From assembly GCA_036336835.1 (NCBI GenBank), contig JAYZFK010000049.1, positions 1 through 48,435 on the forward strand: a DNA stretch of 48,435 nucleotides, written 5' to 3'. Within the stretch, counting starts at the first letter, position 1. Each line of letters starts with the position of its first letter. Below the pieces are notes generated by a model. The model was not told the origin of the DNA. It saw only the letters and a list, made by a program, of their open reading frames with translations, and searched no databases. Positions 1-9,806 of this stretch are shown here, one piece after another. A program made the translations under genes and the position numbers. Source of the stretch: Myxococcota bacterium (GTDB lineage Bacteria; Myxococcota_A; UBA9160; UBA4427).

Positions 1-142
1 AGACGTCCTCGAAGCGCGACAGCGACCAGAAGCCTCGCTCGGCGTTGTGGTAGACGGGGTGCTGGTCGCGAAGCGTGCGGTAGACCGCGGGCGCCTGGTG
101 CTGAAAATCCGGTGAGAAGGGGTCGTAGACGAAGTCCGACAT
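1..142 (-). CDS. Cytochrome P450, N-terminal part (cut by window edge)
   Basis: Not in the ORF track. Manual translation from ATG at 142 gives MSDFVYDPFSPDFQHQAPAVYRTLRDQHPVYHNAERGFWSLSRFEDV, matching the bacterial P450 N-terminal pattern (DP..Y..LR...PV....GFW.LSR..DV). Confidence 0.8.
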   Translation of the reverse strand, partial: MSDFVYDPFSPDFQHQAPAVYRTLRDQHPVYHNAERGFWSLSRFEDV

Positions 143-221
143 TGCCGTGCCAGTATAGATCGGCGCGAACGCCCCCACGCGCCTGGAGCTGCCGGCACCC
201 GGAGGCCTAGAATCTGTCGCG

Positions 222-1832
222 ATGGTCGAATCGTCCCAATCGCTCGAATTGCTCGAATCGCTCGGCCTGATCGCGCCGAGCACGCGACCGCCGGTTCCGG
301 GTGACGGGCCGCAGACGACGGCCGGCGTGCTCGCGCCCGCTCTCGCTGCGACACCCGACGCGCCGGCGCTGATCGGTGCGAGCGGTCGATACACCTTTGC
401 CGAGCTCGACCGCGAAGTGGATCGCGCGGCCAACGCGCTGCGCGCGCTCGGCGTCGTCGCCGGCGATCGCGTGGCGGTGTGCCTGCCCAACGACGTCGAC
501 ATCGTCGTCCACTTCCTGGCGTCGCAGCGCCTGGCTGCGATGTGGGTGGGGATCCAGCGCCCGCTCGCGCCGAAGGAGAAGGCCTACATGCTCGCCGACT
601 GCGGCGCGAGGCTGTTCGTGGCCGACCCGGAGACGCTCGTGCCAGTCCTGGCCCTCGGCGCCGCGCTGCCCGAGCTCGAGCACACCCTGTCGCTCGAGGA
701 CTGGCGCGAGCGTGTGCGCGCGGCGTCGTCCCAGCGGGTCGGGGTCGGGGTCGCGGTCGACCCGTTTGCTCCCGCTGCGATCGCCTACACCAGTGGCACG
801 AGCGGCCGTCCCAAGGGTGCCGTCCACAGCCAGCACAACCTGCTGCTCGCCGCGGCGATGCTCGTGCTGACGGGTGCGCAGCCGCACGTCCGGGTCGGGG
901 TCGTGCTCTCGCTCACGCTGCTGAACATGATCGTGCGGGCCGTACTCTCGGCGTACTACGGGGGGCGCACGCTCGTGTGCATCGAGCGTCACGATCCCGC
1001 GGCGATCGCCGCCTGGGTGAAGCGCGAGCAGATCGGCAGCCTCGATCTGGTTCCGGCGCTGGTGCGCGATCTGCTGAGCAGCCCGGACGTGGGCGACGAT
1101 CTCGCGTCGCTCGAGGACATCGTGTCGGGTGGCGGCGCCTGTCCGCCGGATGTACTCGAGCTGTATCGCAAGCGTTTTGGCCGCGGCGTGGCGGTGGGAT
1201 ACGGGATGACCGAGGCGCCCACCGGGGTCGCGCGCAGCCGCGGTGAGCCGGCGCCGGCGCCGGGCTACTGCGGGGTGGCGATCGCGCAGGTCGAGCTGCG
1301 CGTGGTGGACGAGCACGGCGATGTGCTTCCGCCGGGCGAGGTCGGCGAGCTCTGCGTCGCTCCGGCGACGACTGGCGAGTATGCGGGCTGCTACACCCCG
1401 ATGCTGGGCTACTGGGGGAAGCCCGAGGCGACGCGCGAGGCGCTGCGCGACGGCTGCTACCACACTGGCGATCTGGGACTCATCGACGAGGCCGGCCGGG
1501 TGTTCATCCGCGGCCGGCGCAGCGAGCTGATCGTGCGCGGCGGCTCCAATGTCTACCCAGCCGAGGTCGAACGGGTACTCGAGGAGCACCCCGAGGTCGC
1601 CGGCGCTGCCGTGCTCGGGGTCGACGACGAGCGGCTCGGCGAGCGCGTGGTCGCCGCGGTCGAACGGGTAGCCGGAGCGCGCGTCGATGCCGAGGCGCTG
1701 CGACGCCACGCGGCCGAGAGCCTGGCGCGCTACAAGGTTCCGGACCGCATCGCGATCGTGGAGGCGCTGCCCCGCAACGCGCTGCACAAGGTGCTCAAGC
1801 GCGAGCTGAAGCCGTTGTTCGAGGACTCGTAG
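222..1832 (+). CDS. AMP-binding enzyme / acyl-CoA ligase (class I adenylate-forming)
   Basis: Motifs YTSGTSGRPKG, GYGMTE, YHTGDLG, RGGSNVYPAEVE and a C-terminal Lys (ALHKV). Confidence 0.93.
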   Translation: MVESSQSLELLESLGLIAPSTRPPVPGDGPQTTAGVLAPALAATPDAPALIGASGRYTFAELDREVDRAANALRALGVVAGDRVAVCLPNDVDIVVHFLASQRLAAMWVGIQRPLAPKEKAYMLADCGARLFVADPETLVPVLALGAALPELEHTLSLEDWRERVRAASSQRVGVGVAVDPFAPAAIAYTSGTSGRPKGAVHSQHNLLLAAAMLVLTGAQPHVRVGVVLSLTLLNMIVRAVLSAYYGGRTLVCIERHDPAAIAAWVKREQIGSLDLVPALVRDLLSSPDVGDDLASLEDIVSGGGACPPDVLELYRKRFGRGVAVGYGMTEAPTGVARSRGEPAPAPGYCGVAIAQVELRVVDEHGDVLPPGEVGELCVAPATTGEYAGCYTPMLGYWGKPEATREALRDGCYHTGDLGLIDEAGRVFIRGRRSELIVRGGSNVYPAEVERVLEEHPEVAGAAVLGVDDERLGERVVAAVERVAGARVDAEALRRHAAESLARYKVPDRIAIVEALPRNALHKVLKRELKPLFEDS

Positions 1833-3014
1833 CTACGCGAGACCGAGTAGGCCCGCCGTGTTGTCGCGCATGATCTTGCGCACTGCGGCGTCGTCCGCTG
1901 CGTCACCGATCAGCTCGACGAATGCGATCGGCTCGGCCAGACCCTCAGGGTGTGGGTAGTCGGAGCCGAACAGCACGTTGTCGGGGCCGAGGAAGTCGAC
2001 GAGGCGCGCCACGTCGTCTTCGGGATAGGGCGTCAGGTAGCAGTGCCGTTTGAAGATATCGCTCGGGCGCCCCTTCGGCCGACCGTCGTGCCACGGGCCG
2101 TAGCGCGCCATGCCCTTTTTTTTGTCGAGCAGGGTGAGCAGGTACTCGACCCACCCCGCACCGTTCTCGATCGACAGCACCCGGAGCGTCGGGAAGCGGG
2201 TGAACAGGTTGTTGAAGATCAGCGAGCCGAGCGTCTCCATGATCGGCCGATCGCCGTGGCAGAAGCTCCACTGGAAGGCCGACTGCTCGCGCACGGGCGG
2301 CGCCGCGGGCTCGCCCCAGTGCGTCGAGACCAGCGCGTTGTAGCCCGAGTCGGCGAGATGGAACGCGACCGGGATGCCGGCCTCGGCGAGCCGTGCCCAG
2401 AACGGATCGAAGTGGACGTCGGCCGGTGATCGCCGGTCGACCGGGCCCGCGCGCAGGTGGACCAGGCGCGCGCCGAGCTTCATCACCCGGTCGAGCTCTT
2501 CGAGCGCCAGGTCGAGGTCGAGCAGCGAGAGCAGCGGCGGCGCGAAGATGCGTTCCCGGTAGGCGTAGCCCCAATCGTCCTCGAGCCAGCGGTTGAACGA
2601 GCGCAGGCTCGCAAACGTGAGCTCGGGATCGTCCACCATCGCCTGCTCGACCACGACCCCGAGCGTCGGGAGCAGGATCGCCGCCTCGCTGCCCTGCGCG
2701 TCGAGCAGTGCGAGCCGTGCATCGCGGTCCTGGTAGCCGGCTCGCATGTTGTCGGTCGAGTAGGAGTCCTTCCAGTCGACGTTGCCGCGCGAGTGCAGGA
2801 TCTCGATCAACGATCCGGGCTGATTGGTCTTCTCGAACTTCGGATCGAAATAGGTCCACGGCTCGCTCTTCACGAACACGTCGAAGTCGCCGTCCGGTCG
2901 TCGCTCGCTGCGCAGAGTGCGCTCGGCGTGCTTCGACTCGATGTGCCGCGTGAAGCAGTCGGGGGTCTCGTAGTAGTGATTGTCGGCGTCGACGGTGCGG
3001 TAGGGCAGCGTCAC
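1833..3014 (-). CDS. Amidohydrolase_2 family metal-dependent hydrolase
   Basis: C-terminal part of track ORF 1833..3641, likely GTG start at 3014 (VTLPYRTVDADNH). Motifs DADNH, FNRWL, IENGAGW, GSDYPH. Confidence 0.9.
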   Translation of the reverse strand: MTLPYRTVDADNHYYETPDCFTRHIESKHAERTLRSERRPDGDFDVFVKSEPWTYFDPKFEKTNQPGSLIEILHSRGNVDWKDSYSTDNMRAGYQDRDARLALLDAQGSEAAILLPTLGVVVEQAMVDDPELTFASLRSFNRWLEDDWGYAYRERIFAPPLLSLLDLDLALEELDRVMKLGARLVHLRAGPVDRRSPADVHFDPFWARLAEAGIPVAFHLADSGYNALVSTHWGEPAAPPVREQSAFQWSFCHGDRPIMETLGSLIFNNLFTRFPTLRVLSIENGAGWVEYLLTLLDKKKGMARYGPWHDGRPKGRPSDIFKRHCYLTPYPEDDVARLVDFLGPDNVLFGSDYPHPEGLAEPIAFVELIGDAADDAAVRKIMRDNTAGLLGLA

Positions 3015-3046
3015 GGGTCGAGCCTCCTCGGATGTCTCGCGCAAGT

Positions 3047-3802
3047 CTACGCCCTCAGGTACCAGCCGCCGCTCACGTTGATCGTCTCGCCCGTCACGTA
3101 CGAAGACTGCTCGGAGCACAGGAAGGCGACCACGTTCGCCACCTCCTCCGGGTCGCAGAAGCGCCGCAGCGGCGTCCGCTCGATCTCGACCTCGAAACGC
3201 TCCCGGTGCTTCTCGACGAACTTCGAGTTCTGGAGGCCGAGCGCGATGGCGTTCGCGCGGATTCCGTGGGGCCCGCCCTCGACGGCGGTGCTGCGCGCCA
3301 GGTCGTTGAGCGCCGCCTTGGCGGCGGCGTAGGGCGCCTCGCGGCCGCGGCCGCCCAGGTAGGCCGCGACGGAGGAGACGTTGACGACGGAGCCACGACC
3401 CAGCTCGCGCATGCCGGGCATCACGGCGCGCGTCAGGTACCAGCAGGCCGTCAGGTCGACTGCGATGACGCGGTCGAAATCCGCCGGGTCGTAGTCGAAG
3501 ATGCTGCCCTGCACGTTCTCGGCGGCGTTGTTGACCAGAATGTCGATCGGACCGAGCGCGCTGGTGAACCGATCCATGGCGGCGTCGACGGCCTCGCGAT
3601 CGGCGATGTCGAGGGCGATGGCTTCGACCGCGACGCCGCACTCTTCCCGGACGCGGTCGGCGACTTCGCGGTTGCGACGCTCGTGCGAATCGACCGCGGC
3701 GATCGAGGCTCCCTCGCGCGCGAGTCGGCGACAGATCGCCTGCCCGCAGCCGCTGCCGCCGGCGCCCGTCACGAGCGCCACGCGTCCCTCGAATTCACCC
3801 AT
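3047..3802 (-). CDS. Short-chain dehydrogenase/reductase
   Basis: Start MGEFEGRVALVTGAGGSGCG after a GGAGG RBS. NNAA, catalytic YAAAK, C-terminal YVTGETINVSGG. Confidence 0.93.
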   Translation of the reverse strand: MGEFEGRVALVTGAGGSGCGQAICRRLAREGASIAAVDSHERRNREVADRVREECGVAVEAIALDIADREAVDAAMDRFTSALGPIDILVNNAAENVQGSIFDYDPADFDRVIAVDLTACWYLTRAVMPGMRELGRGSVVNVSSVAAYLGGRGREAPYAAAKAALNDLARSTAVEGGPHGIRANAIALGLQNSKFVEKHRERFEVEIERTPLRRFCDPEEVANVVAFLCSEQSSYVTGETINVSGGWYLRA

Positions 3803-3848
3803 CGTCACCTCCCACGGGGTCGCGTTCACAGGCGCCGAGTGCCGCCAC

Positions 3849-4967
3849 CTAACCGGCCTCCCAGAGTGGAAAGGCCCGGGCGGCGTTGTCCCACAGGATC
3901 CGCCGCTTGCTCTGGTCGGGGATGGGCTGCTCGAGCAGGCTGCCGATGCCCCAGGGAAAGGTGCCGTCGGGATGGGGGTAGTCCGTGTTGAACAGGACGT
4001 TCTGGTCGCCCACCAGCTCGACGACTCCCGGTAGCGTCGCCTCGTCGCCCCGGGCGGCGACGAAGAAGCTCTGCTCGAAGTACTCACTGGGGTGGCGCTT
4101 CAAATCGGGGTGCTCGGCATTGCCCGAGAAGTCCCAGTGCTGAGCCATCCGCTGCAGCCAGAAGGGCAGCCAGCCCGCGTCGGCCTCGACGTGCACGATC
4201 CGCAGCCCGGGGAAGTGCTCCGGGATGCCGTACCAGATGAGGCTCATCATCGCGACCATGGCCTCGAAGGGATGAGCGATGATGTGTCCGCTGGTGTGGG
4301 TGTCCATGCGGTCGCCGTAGGAGGGAATCCGCGGCGAGCCCGAGTCGTGCAGGCAGATCGGTCGCTCCAGCCGCTCGATCTCGGACCAGAGCGGGAAGTA
4401 GTCGCGATGGTAGAGGTTGCGCCCCGCAACGGGTCCCGGGCGCAGGTAGTAGGCGATGCAGTTCTTGCCGGCGGCGCGACGCGCCTCCTCGATCGCCAGA
4501 TCGACCGCCTGCAGCGGCAGCATCGCGGCCCAGCGCAGCCGCCCCGGCTCGGCCTCGCAGTACTCCGCGCTCCAGTCGTTGTAGGCACGGCAGCTGGCAG
4601 CGAGCAGCTCGGGATCGCGAAACTCGCGGCCCAGCAGCTGTCCCCCGGTCGTGGGGAACAGGATCTGTACGTCCACGCCCACCTCGTCCATGTCGAGCAG
4701 CCGCGAATCGGGTGAGTAGCCGGTGGTGTAGGCGCGCTCGAAGCGCTTCATGCCCCGCATCATCGCCTGCAGGAACTCCGGCGCCGAGAGTGGGTACTTG
4801 CCCTCCGACACGAAGCCCTCGCCCTCGACGCCCAGTGTCTTGCGGCCGTCGATCTCCAGCAGCCGCGGAGCGCGCTCGCGAAATGCCGGGTCGATGTACT
4901 CCTGCCAGATTCCCGCCGGCTCGATCTGGTGCGCGTCGCTGTCGACGATGCGGTAGCCGTCCCTCAT
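3849..4967 (-). CDS. Amidohydrolase_2 family protein
   Basis: MRDGYRIVDSDAH start, RAYNDW, VEADAGW, NTDYPHPD. Confidence 0.9.
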   Translation of the reverse strand: MRDGYRIVDSDAHQIEPAGIWQEYIDPAFRERAPRLLEIDGRKTLGVEGEGFVSEGKYPLSAPEFLQAMMRGMKRFERAYTTGYSPDSRLLDMDEVGVDVQILFPTTGGQLLGREFRDPELLAASCRAYNDWSAEYCEAEPGRLRWAAMLPLQAVDLAIEEARRAAGKNCIAYYLRPGPVAGRNLYHRDYFPLWSEIERLERPICLHDSGSPRIPSYGDRMDTHTSGHIIAHPFEAMVAMMSLIWYGIPEHFPGLRIVHVEADAGWLPFWLQRMAQHWDFSGNAEHPDLKRHPSEYFEQSFFVAARGDEATLPGVVELVGDQNVLFNTDYPHPDGTFPWGIGSLLEQPIPDQSKRRILWDNAARAFPLWEAG

Positions 4968-5003
4968 GGGCTCGCTCCTCGCGCTGCTCTCGAGCAGCAC
5001 CGT

Positions 5004-6074
5004 CTACAGGCGGCTCGCCACCGCCTGGCAGAACTCGGTCGTGCTCGCGCCTCCGCCCTGGTCCGGGGTCAGGGCCTTGCCGTCCGCGTACACCTGCTCG
5101 ATCGAGCGCCTCAGGCGTCGCGCTGCCTCGGGCGATCCCAGGTACTCGAGCAGCAGGGCGCCGGAGAGCAAGCTGGCGGTGGGATTGATGATGTTGCGCC
5201 CGGCGATGTCGGGTGCGGAGCCGTGAGCCGACTCGAAGTAGGCGTAGTCCTCGCCGTAGCAGCCGCTCGGCGCCAGACCGAGCCCGCCGATCACGCCCGC
5301 CGCCAGATCCGACAAGATGTCGCCATACAGATTGGGCAGCAGCACGACGTCGAGCTCGTGAGGTGTGGCCACGATCCGGCGCGCGAAGTCGTCCACGATG
5401 AAGCTCTCGAACTCGATGTCGGGATACTCCAGGCTGACCTGCTGCACACAGTGCAGGAACAGGCCGTCGCTCTCGGCCAGCATGTTGTATTTGCACGAGC
5501 AGGTGAGCTTGCCCGGATGCCCCTGTGCCTTGCGCCGCCGGGCCAGCTCGAACGCATAGCGCGCGACCCGCTGCGTCCCGGCCTCGGTGATCACCTTGAG
5601 CGCGAACTTGCCCGGCGCGAGCTCGTGCGCGGTCCGGCCGGACATGCGGCTCTTCAGCGCGAGGCCGCGCAGGTCGTCGAGGTCTCCCTCGATGCCGAGG
5701 TACAGGTCCTCGAGGTTCTCACGCACGATGACGAAGTCGATCCCTTCGGGTTGCGCCAGCGGACTCTGGCAACCGGGGAAGAAGCGCGCCGGGCGCACGT
5801 TTGCGTACGTCTGCCGTCCCCAGCGCAGGTAGAAGATTGCGGCGCCGCTCTTCCCACTGGTCGCGCCGAACAGCGTCGCATCCGACTCGTCGATCGCGCG
5901 GCGCGCCTCGTCGGGGAACAGCGACCCGTGGCGCTCGAGGCCCGCGTCGCCCACCGGCGGGTGAATCCACTCGATGGACGGATCGAGCTGCTGCAGCAGT
6001 CCAACCGTCGGGCGCATCGCCTCGGGCGCGGCGTCCTCGCCCTCGATCACCACCACGCGCTTGCTGGCCGGCAC
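5004..6074 (-). CDS. Isocitrate/isopropylmalate (beta-decarboxylating) dehydrogenase family protein
   Basis: YANVRP, VRENLEDLY, NLYGDILSDL, FESAHGSAPDIAGRNIINP. Substrate cannot be assigned. Confidence 0.9.
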   Translation of the reverse strand: MPASKRVVVIEGEDAAPEAMRPTVGLLQQLDPSIEWIHPPVGDAGLERHGSLFPDEARRAIDESDATLFGATSGKSGAAIFYLRWGRQTYANVRPARFFPGCQSPLAQPEGIDFVIVRENLEDLYLGIEGDLDDLRGLALKSRMSGRTAHELAPGKFALKVITEAGTQRVARYAFELARRRKAQGHPGKLTCSCKYNMLAESDGLFLHCVQQVSLEYPDIEFESFIVDDFARRIVATPHELDVVLLPNLYGDILSDLAAGVIGGLGLAPSGCYGEDYAYFESAHGSAPDIAGRNIINPTASLLSGALLLEYLGSPEAARRLRRSIEQVYADGKALTPDQGGGASTTEFCQAVASRL

Positions 6075-6187
6075 GGGTTCAGGCTACCACCGGGCCGCCC
6101 GCGGGAGGAAAGTTGGTGACGGCCCCGGTCTTCTCGATGGACAGGGCCTGAGTCGTGTGCTTAGGCTGGGCGGTGGGAGGTCCGTCC

Positions 6188-7378
6188 ATGCCCGAGCCGG
6201 TGCTCTCTGCCGACGGTCACATCGATCTGCCCTGTCTGCCGCCCACGCTGTTTACCGAGCGCGCGCCCCGAGCACTGCGCGACCGGATGCCGCGCGTGGT
6301 GAACTCCGACAAGGGTCCGCGCTGGGTTGCGGGCGATGGCGCCCCGCTCGGGATCGCGGGGGGCATGGGCTCGCTCGGTCGCGCCTACGAGCCTGGCCAG
6401 ATTCGACGCGCCGATCGCATGGCCGAGACCGGCCTGTACGCGGACCAGGCTCGCGGCCTGCTGCGCACATCGCTCCCCGAGCTGCGTCTGAAGGATCAGG
6501 AGCGGGACGGCGTCCTGGGGGAGGTGATCTACGGCATTCTCGGTGCTGCCGGCCGCGTCAAGGATGACGAGGCGGCCAGCGCGATGCTGCGCATCTACAA
6601 CGATTTCGCGCACGAGTTTCAGTCGCACGCGCCCGAGCGCTTCGCGATGATCGGCTGCCTGCCGGTTTCATCGGTTTCATCGGGCTCGTCGCCCGAGCAC
6701 GCGGTTGCCGAGCTCGTGCGCTGCAGGGAGCTCGGTCTGCGCGGCGTGGAGCTGCCCATCGTCGATGGGATGATGCCGCTGTGGCGCGAGGAGTGGGACC
6801 CGCTGTGGGCGGCCGCCGCGGACTGCGGACTCGCCGTGCACCTGCACACGGTGGGCGGGAGCTTCGATCAGCGCTGGGTGGAGCGGCGCGAGCACTACCT
6901 GCCGTTCCTCGCGTCGGTGCTCACTGGCTTCCAGATGGCGATGGCCGACCACATCGCCGCGGTGATCTTCGGCGGCGCGCTCGAGCGCTTTCCGGCGTTG
7001 CGGATCGTGATGGGAGAGTCCGGCCTGGGATGGATCCCCTATGTGCTGGAGCGCATGGACTACGAGTGGCAGGACCAGTTCCGCAACCTCCCGCTGTCGA
7101 TGCCGCCGAGCGCCTACTGGCGGCGCCAGATGCTGGCCACCTACCAGCAGGACGAGGTCGGGATCGAGAACCTGGAGCGGATCGGGATCGAGAACGTGAT
7201 GTGGGGCTCGGACTTCCCCCACCCCGACGGCGTCTGGCCGGACTCGCAGGAGCACCTGGCGCGCCAGCTCGGCGGGCTCGCTCCCGAGGTGCGGCACAAG
7301 ATCGTGTTTGCAAACGCGGCGCGCGTCTACGGCTTTCCGGCCGTTGGCGCCTCGAGCTCCACCCAGCCGGACGCGTAG
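6188..7378 (+). CDS. Amidohydrolase_2 family protein
   Basis: GGAGG RBS before ATG 6188. SADGH, IYNDF, GESGLGW, GSDFPHPD. Confidence 0.9.
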   Translation: MPEPVLSADGHIDLPCLPPTLFTERAPRALRDRMPRVVNSDKGPRWVAGDGAPLGIAGGMGSLGRAYEPGQIRRADRMAETGLYADQARGLLRTSLPELRLKDQERDGVLGEVIYGILGAAGRVKDDEAASAMLRIYNDFAHEFQSHAPERFAMIGCLPVSSVSSGSSPEHAVAELVRCRELGLRGVELPIVDGMMPLWREEWDPLWAAAADCGLAVHLHTVGGSFDQRWVERREHYLPFLASVLTGFQMAMADHIAAVIFGGALERFPALRIVMGESGLGWIPYVLERMDYEWQDQFRNLPLSMPPSAYWRRQMLATYQQDEVGIENLERIGIENVMWGSDFPHPDGVWPDSQEHLARQLGGLAPEVRHKIVFANAARVYGFPAVGASSSTQPDA

Positions 7379-7393
7379 CGCGCCGTCGAGCGA

Positions 7394-8482
7394 TCAGGGC
7401 AGCTTGTACAGGCGCTGGCAGGTCTCGGCGGTCACCTTGCGCACGGCCGCGTCGCCGAGCTTGCCCAGCGCCTCGTCGATCGACTCGCGCGAGTGGGGCC
7501 AGGTGCTGTCGGGGTGGGGGAAGTCGCACGCCCACATGAAGTTGTCGCTGCCCAGCAGCGGGATCAGCGCCGAGCCCATCGGCTCCTCCTCGAACGTGGC
7601 GTAGACCTGCCGCGCCCAGATCTCGCTCGGCTTCGTCTGGATGCACTGGTCGCCGTAGGGCACGCAGTGCTTCTCGAACTGATCGTCCATGCGCGAGACG
7701 AAATACGGCAGCCAGCCAATGCCCGACTCGGCGAGCACGAGCTTGAGCGTCGGGTTCCGCTCGAGTGCGCCCAGAAAGATCATCAGCGCCAGCGGCTCGT
7801 CGAGCTGCAGCGGCACGACCGACGAGAACGGTGCGCGCTCGCGGATGTCGGCCGGGTCGAGCTTCGTGCCCTTGCCGATGTGGAAGCTGATCGGCACGTC
7901 GGCCTGCGCGACAGCGGCCCACAGCCGGTCCCACGACTCGTCCTTCAGGTCGATCTCGAACGGGTTCAGGATTGCGCCCTTGTGGCCGAGCTGCATGCAG
8001 CGCTCGAATTCGGCAACCGCCAGCTCCACCGAGCCCGTAGGCAGGAACGGCAGCGCACTGAGCCGGTCCGGGGCGAAGGCGTTGAACTCTTCGGCTGCCC
8101 AGTCGTTCCAGGCGCGCAGCACCGCGGCCTGTGCCTCCGGGTCGTCGATCGGGAAGCCCGTCAGCGCTCCGGCGCCGTAGACGATCGAGGCGTGGATGCC
8201 GTCGCCCTCCATGTCCTCGAGTCGCAGCTTCGGGTTCGCCGGCCGGAGCCCGTCTTCGTCCTCGAGCTCGGGGCGGCGGCCCAGCGCCGTGAGCCGCTCG
8301 TCGTAGCGGCCCGACACGCCGATCGGCTGGCCGCCGGCCATCCACAGATGCATGCCTTTGCGCTCGACGACGTGCGGGGCGATCTCGCGGTACTTCGCCG
8401 GTACTCGGCTCGACCAGACATCTCGCGGCACATTGCCGATGTCGAGGTGGTCGTCGCACGAGTAGAGCGGGTGGTCGTTCAT
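7394..8482 (-). CDS. Amidohydrolase_2 family protein
   Basis: SCDDH, AWNDW, AESGIGW, ACDFPHPD. AGGAG RBS. Confidence 0.9.
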   Translation of the reverse strand: MNDHPLYSCDDHLDIGNVPRDVWSSRVPAKYREIAPHVVERKGMHLWMAGGQPIGVSGRYDERLTALGRRPELEDEDGLRPANPKLRLEDMEGDGIHASIVYGAGALTGFPIDDPEAQAAVLRAWNDWAAEEFNAFAPDRLSALPFLPTGSVELAVAEFERCMQLGHKGAILNPFEIDLKDESWDRLWAAVAQADVPISFHIGKGTKLDPADIRERAPFSSVVPLQLDEPLALMIFLGALERNPTLKLVLAESGIGWLPYFVSRMDDQFEKHCVPYGDQCIQTKPSEIWARQVYATFEEEPMGSALIPLLGSDNFMWACDFPHPDSTWPHSRESIDEALGKLGDAAVRKVTAETCQRLYKLP

Positions 8483-8552
8483 CGCTGTCTCCTCCGGCGC
8501 TCGGCCGCGAACGGATCCCGGCCGCGAAGCGATGCTCGGCGGTCGGGCGGTT

Positions 8553-9806
8553 TCAGGCCGGTGCGGTCTCGTCGCGGAACAAGCTCCGCTCTGGACCGAT
8601 CCGCTCGGCCAGCGGCAGCAGCTTCTCGGTGTCGAAGCCGTAGAACTCCGCCGCGTTGGTGCCCAGCATTCGTTCGATCTCGTCGTCGGGCACTCCGCGG
8701 AAGTTCCTGATCATGATCTCCTGCGTGATGGGCCAGCTGCCCTCCGGATGCGGGTAGTCGCTCCCCCACATGATGTTGTGGATGCCGATCTCGTGGCGCA
8801 TCTCGACCTCGTCCCGGTTCATGCCCGAGCTGCCGATCATCACGTTGCGGTGGAAGTACTCGCTCGGCTTCATCGACATGGCCTGGCGGTAGCCGGTGCC
8901 GAGCTTCTTGGTTCCGTGCTCCAGGCTGTAGCGGCGGTCCATCGTCGCCAGCAGCTCGGGCGCCCAGCTGGACGTCCCCTCGGTGACCACCGCTCTCAAC
9001 GTCGGGTAGCGCTCGAAGATGCCGCCCCAGATCATGAACACGAGTGGCCGGACCAGCCACCAGGCGACCTCGGTGACGTAGATGCCGAGCGCGCCCGGCA
9101 TCTCCACGATGGGCTCGCTGGGCTCGTCGCCGGCCGCCGCGGCGCCAAACAGAGCCGCGCCGAAGTAGTCCTGCATCGCCGCCGGTCCCGAGTGGAAGTG
9201 GATGATCATGCCCAGCTCTTCGCACTCGGCCCACATCGGCTCGTACTTCGGGTGGTGATAGGCGGCCTGATCGTGCCACATCGGCGGCAGCTGGATGCCG
9301 CGGAGCCCGTGCTCCCTGGCCCAGCGGATTTCCTTGAGGTTCTCCTCCATGTCCCAGAACGGAGGAACGAGCGCGAGGCCGAAGCGTCGCTCGGGCGCCA
9401 TCGCGACCAGCTCCGAGATCCACCGGTTGTGCGAACGCGCACCGGCCCACTGCAGCTCCGGGTTGGCGCCCAGCGGCGACAGCCCCAGGTCGCCGCCGAA
9501 GGGCGGCGAGTTGTGCTCGGTCAGTCCGTCGGGAAACAGGATTTCGCCGGCGATGCCGTCGGCGTCGAGGACCTCGATTCGCTTGTCGTGGTCCCATGCG
9601 CCCGAGAGACCGTCGCGCTTGTCCTCGGCCCACTTCTCCGTCTCCGCCAACATCTCGAGCCGCTGGCCCGCCTGGTCGAGCATTGCGAGTCGCGCCGCGT
9701 GCTGGCGGTCGAACTCCTCGCGGTACTGCGGGTCGAGGTAGTCGCGGTAGCGCTCGGGCGGCAGCCCGGCGTGACAATCCGAGGAGATGACGAGGTAGCG
9801 GTCCAT
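8553..9806 (-). CDS. Amidohydrolase_2 family protein
   Basis: MDRYLVISSDCHAG start after GGGAG. HNRW, HFHSG, GSDYPHPEG. Confidence 0.9.
   Translation of the reverse strand: MDRYLVISSDCHAGLPPERYRDYLDPQYREEFDRQHAARLAMLDQAGQRLEMLAETEKWAEDKRDGLSGAWDHDKRIEVLDADGIAGEILFPDGLTEHNSPPFGGDLGLSPLGANPELQWAGARSHNRWISELVAMAPERRFGLALVPPFWDMEENLKEIRWAREHGLRGIQLPPMWHDQAAYHHPKYEPMWAECEELGMIIHFHSGPAAMQDYFGAALFGAAAAGDEPSEPIVEMPGALGIYVTEVAWWLVRPLVFMIWGGIFERYPTLRAVVTEGTSSWAPELLATMDRRYSLEHGTKKLGTGYRQAMSMKPSEYFHRNVMIGSSGMNRDEVEMRHEIGIHNIMWGSDYPHPEGSWPITQEIMIRNFRGVPDDEIERMLGTNAAEFYGFDTEKLLPLAERIGPERSLFRDETAPA

Noticed and set aside
1833..3641. Apparent 602-aa amidohydrolase with long N-terminal extension (similarly the 648-aa rhodanese ORF 21873-23819 and the 749-aa PQQ ORF)
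   Set aside because: The extensions are off-frame read-through of neighbouring genes, and family homology begins at internal starts. These are not real fusions.
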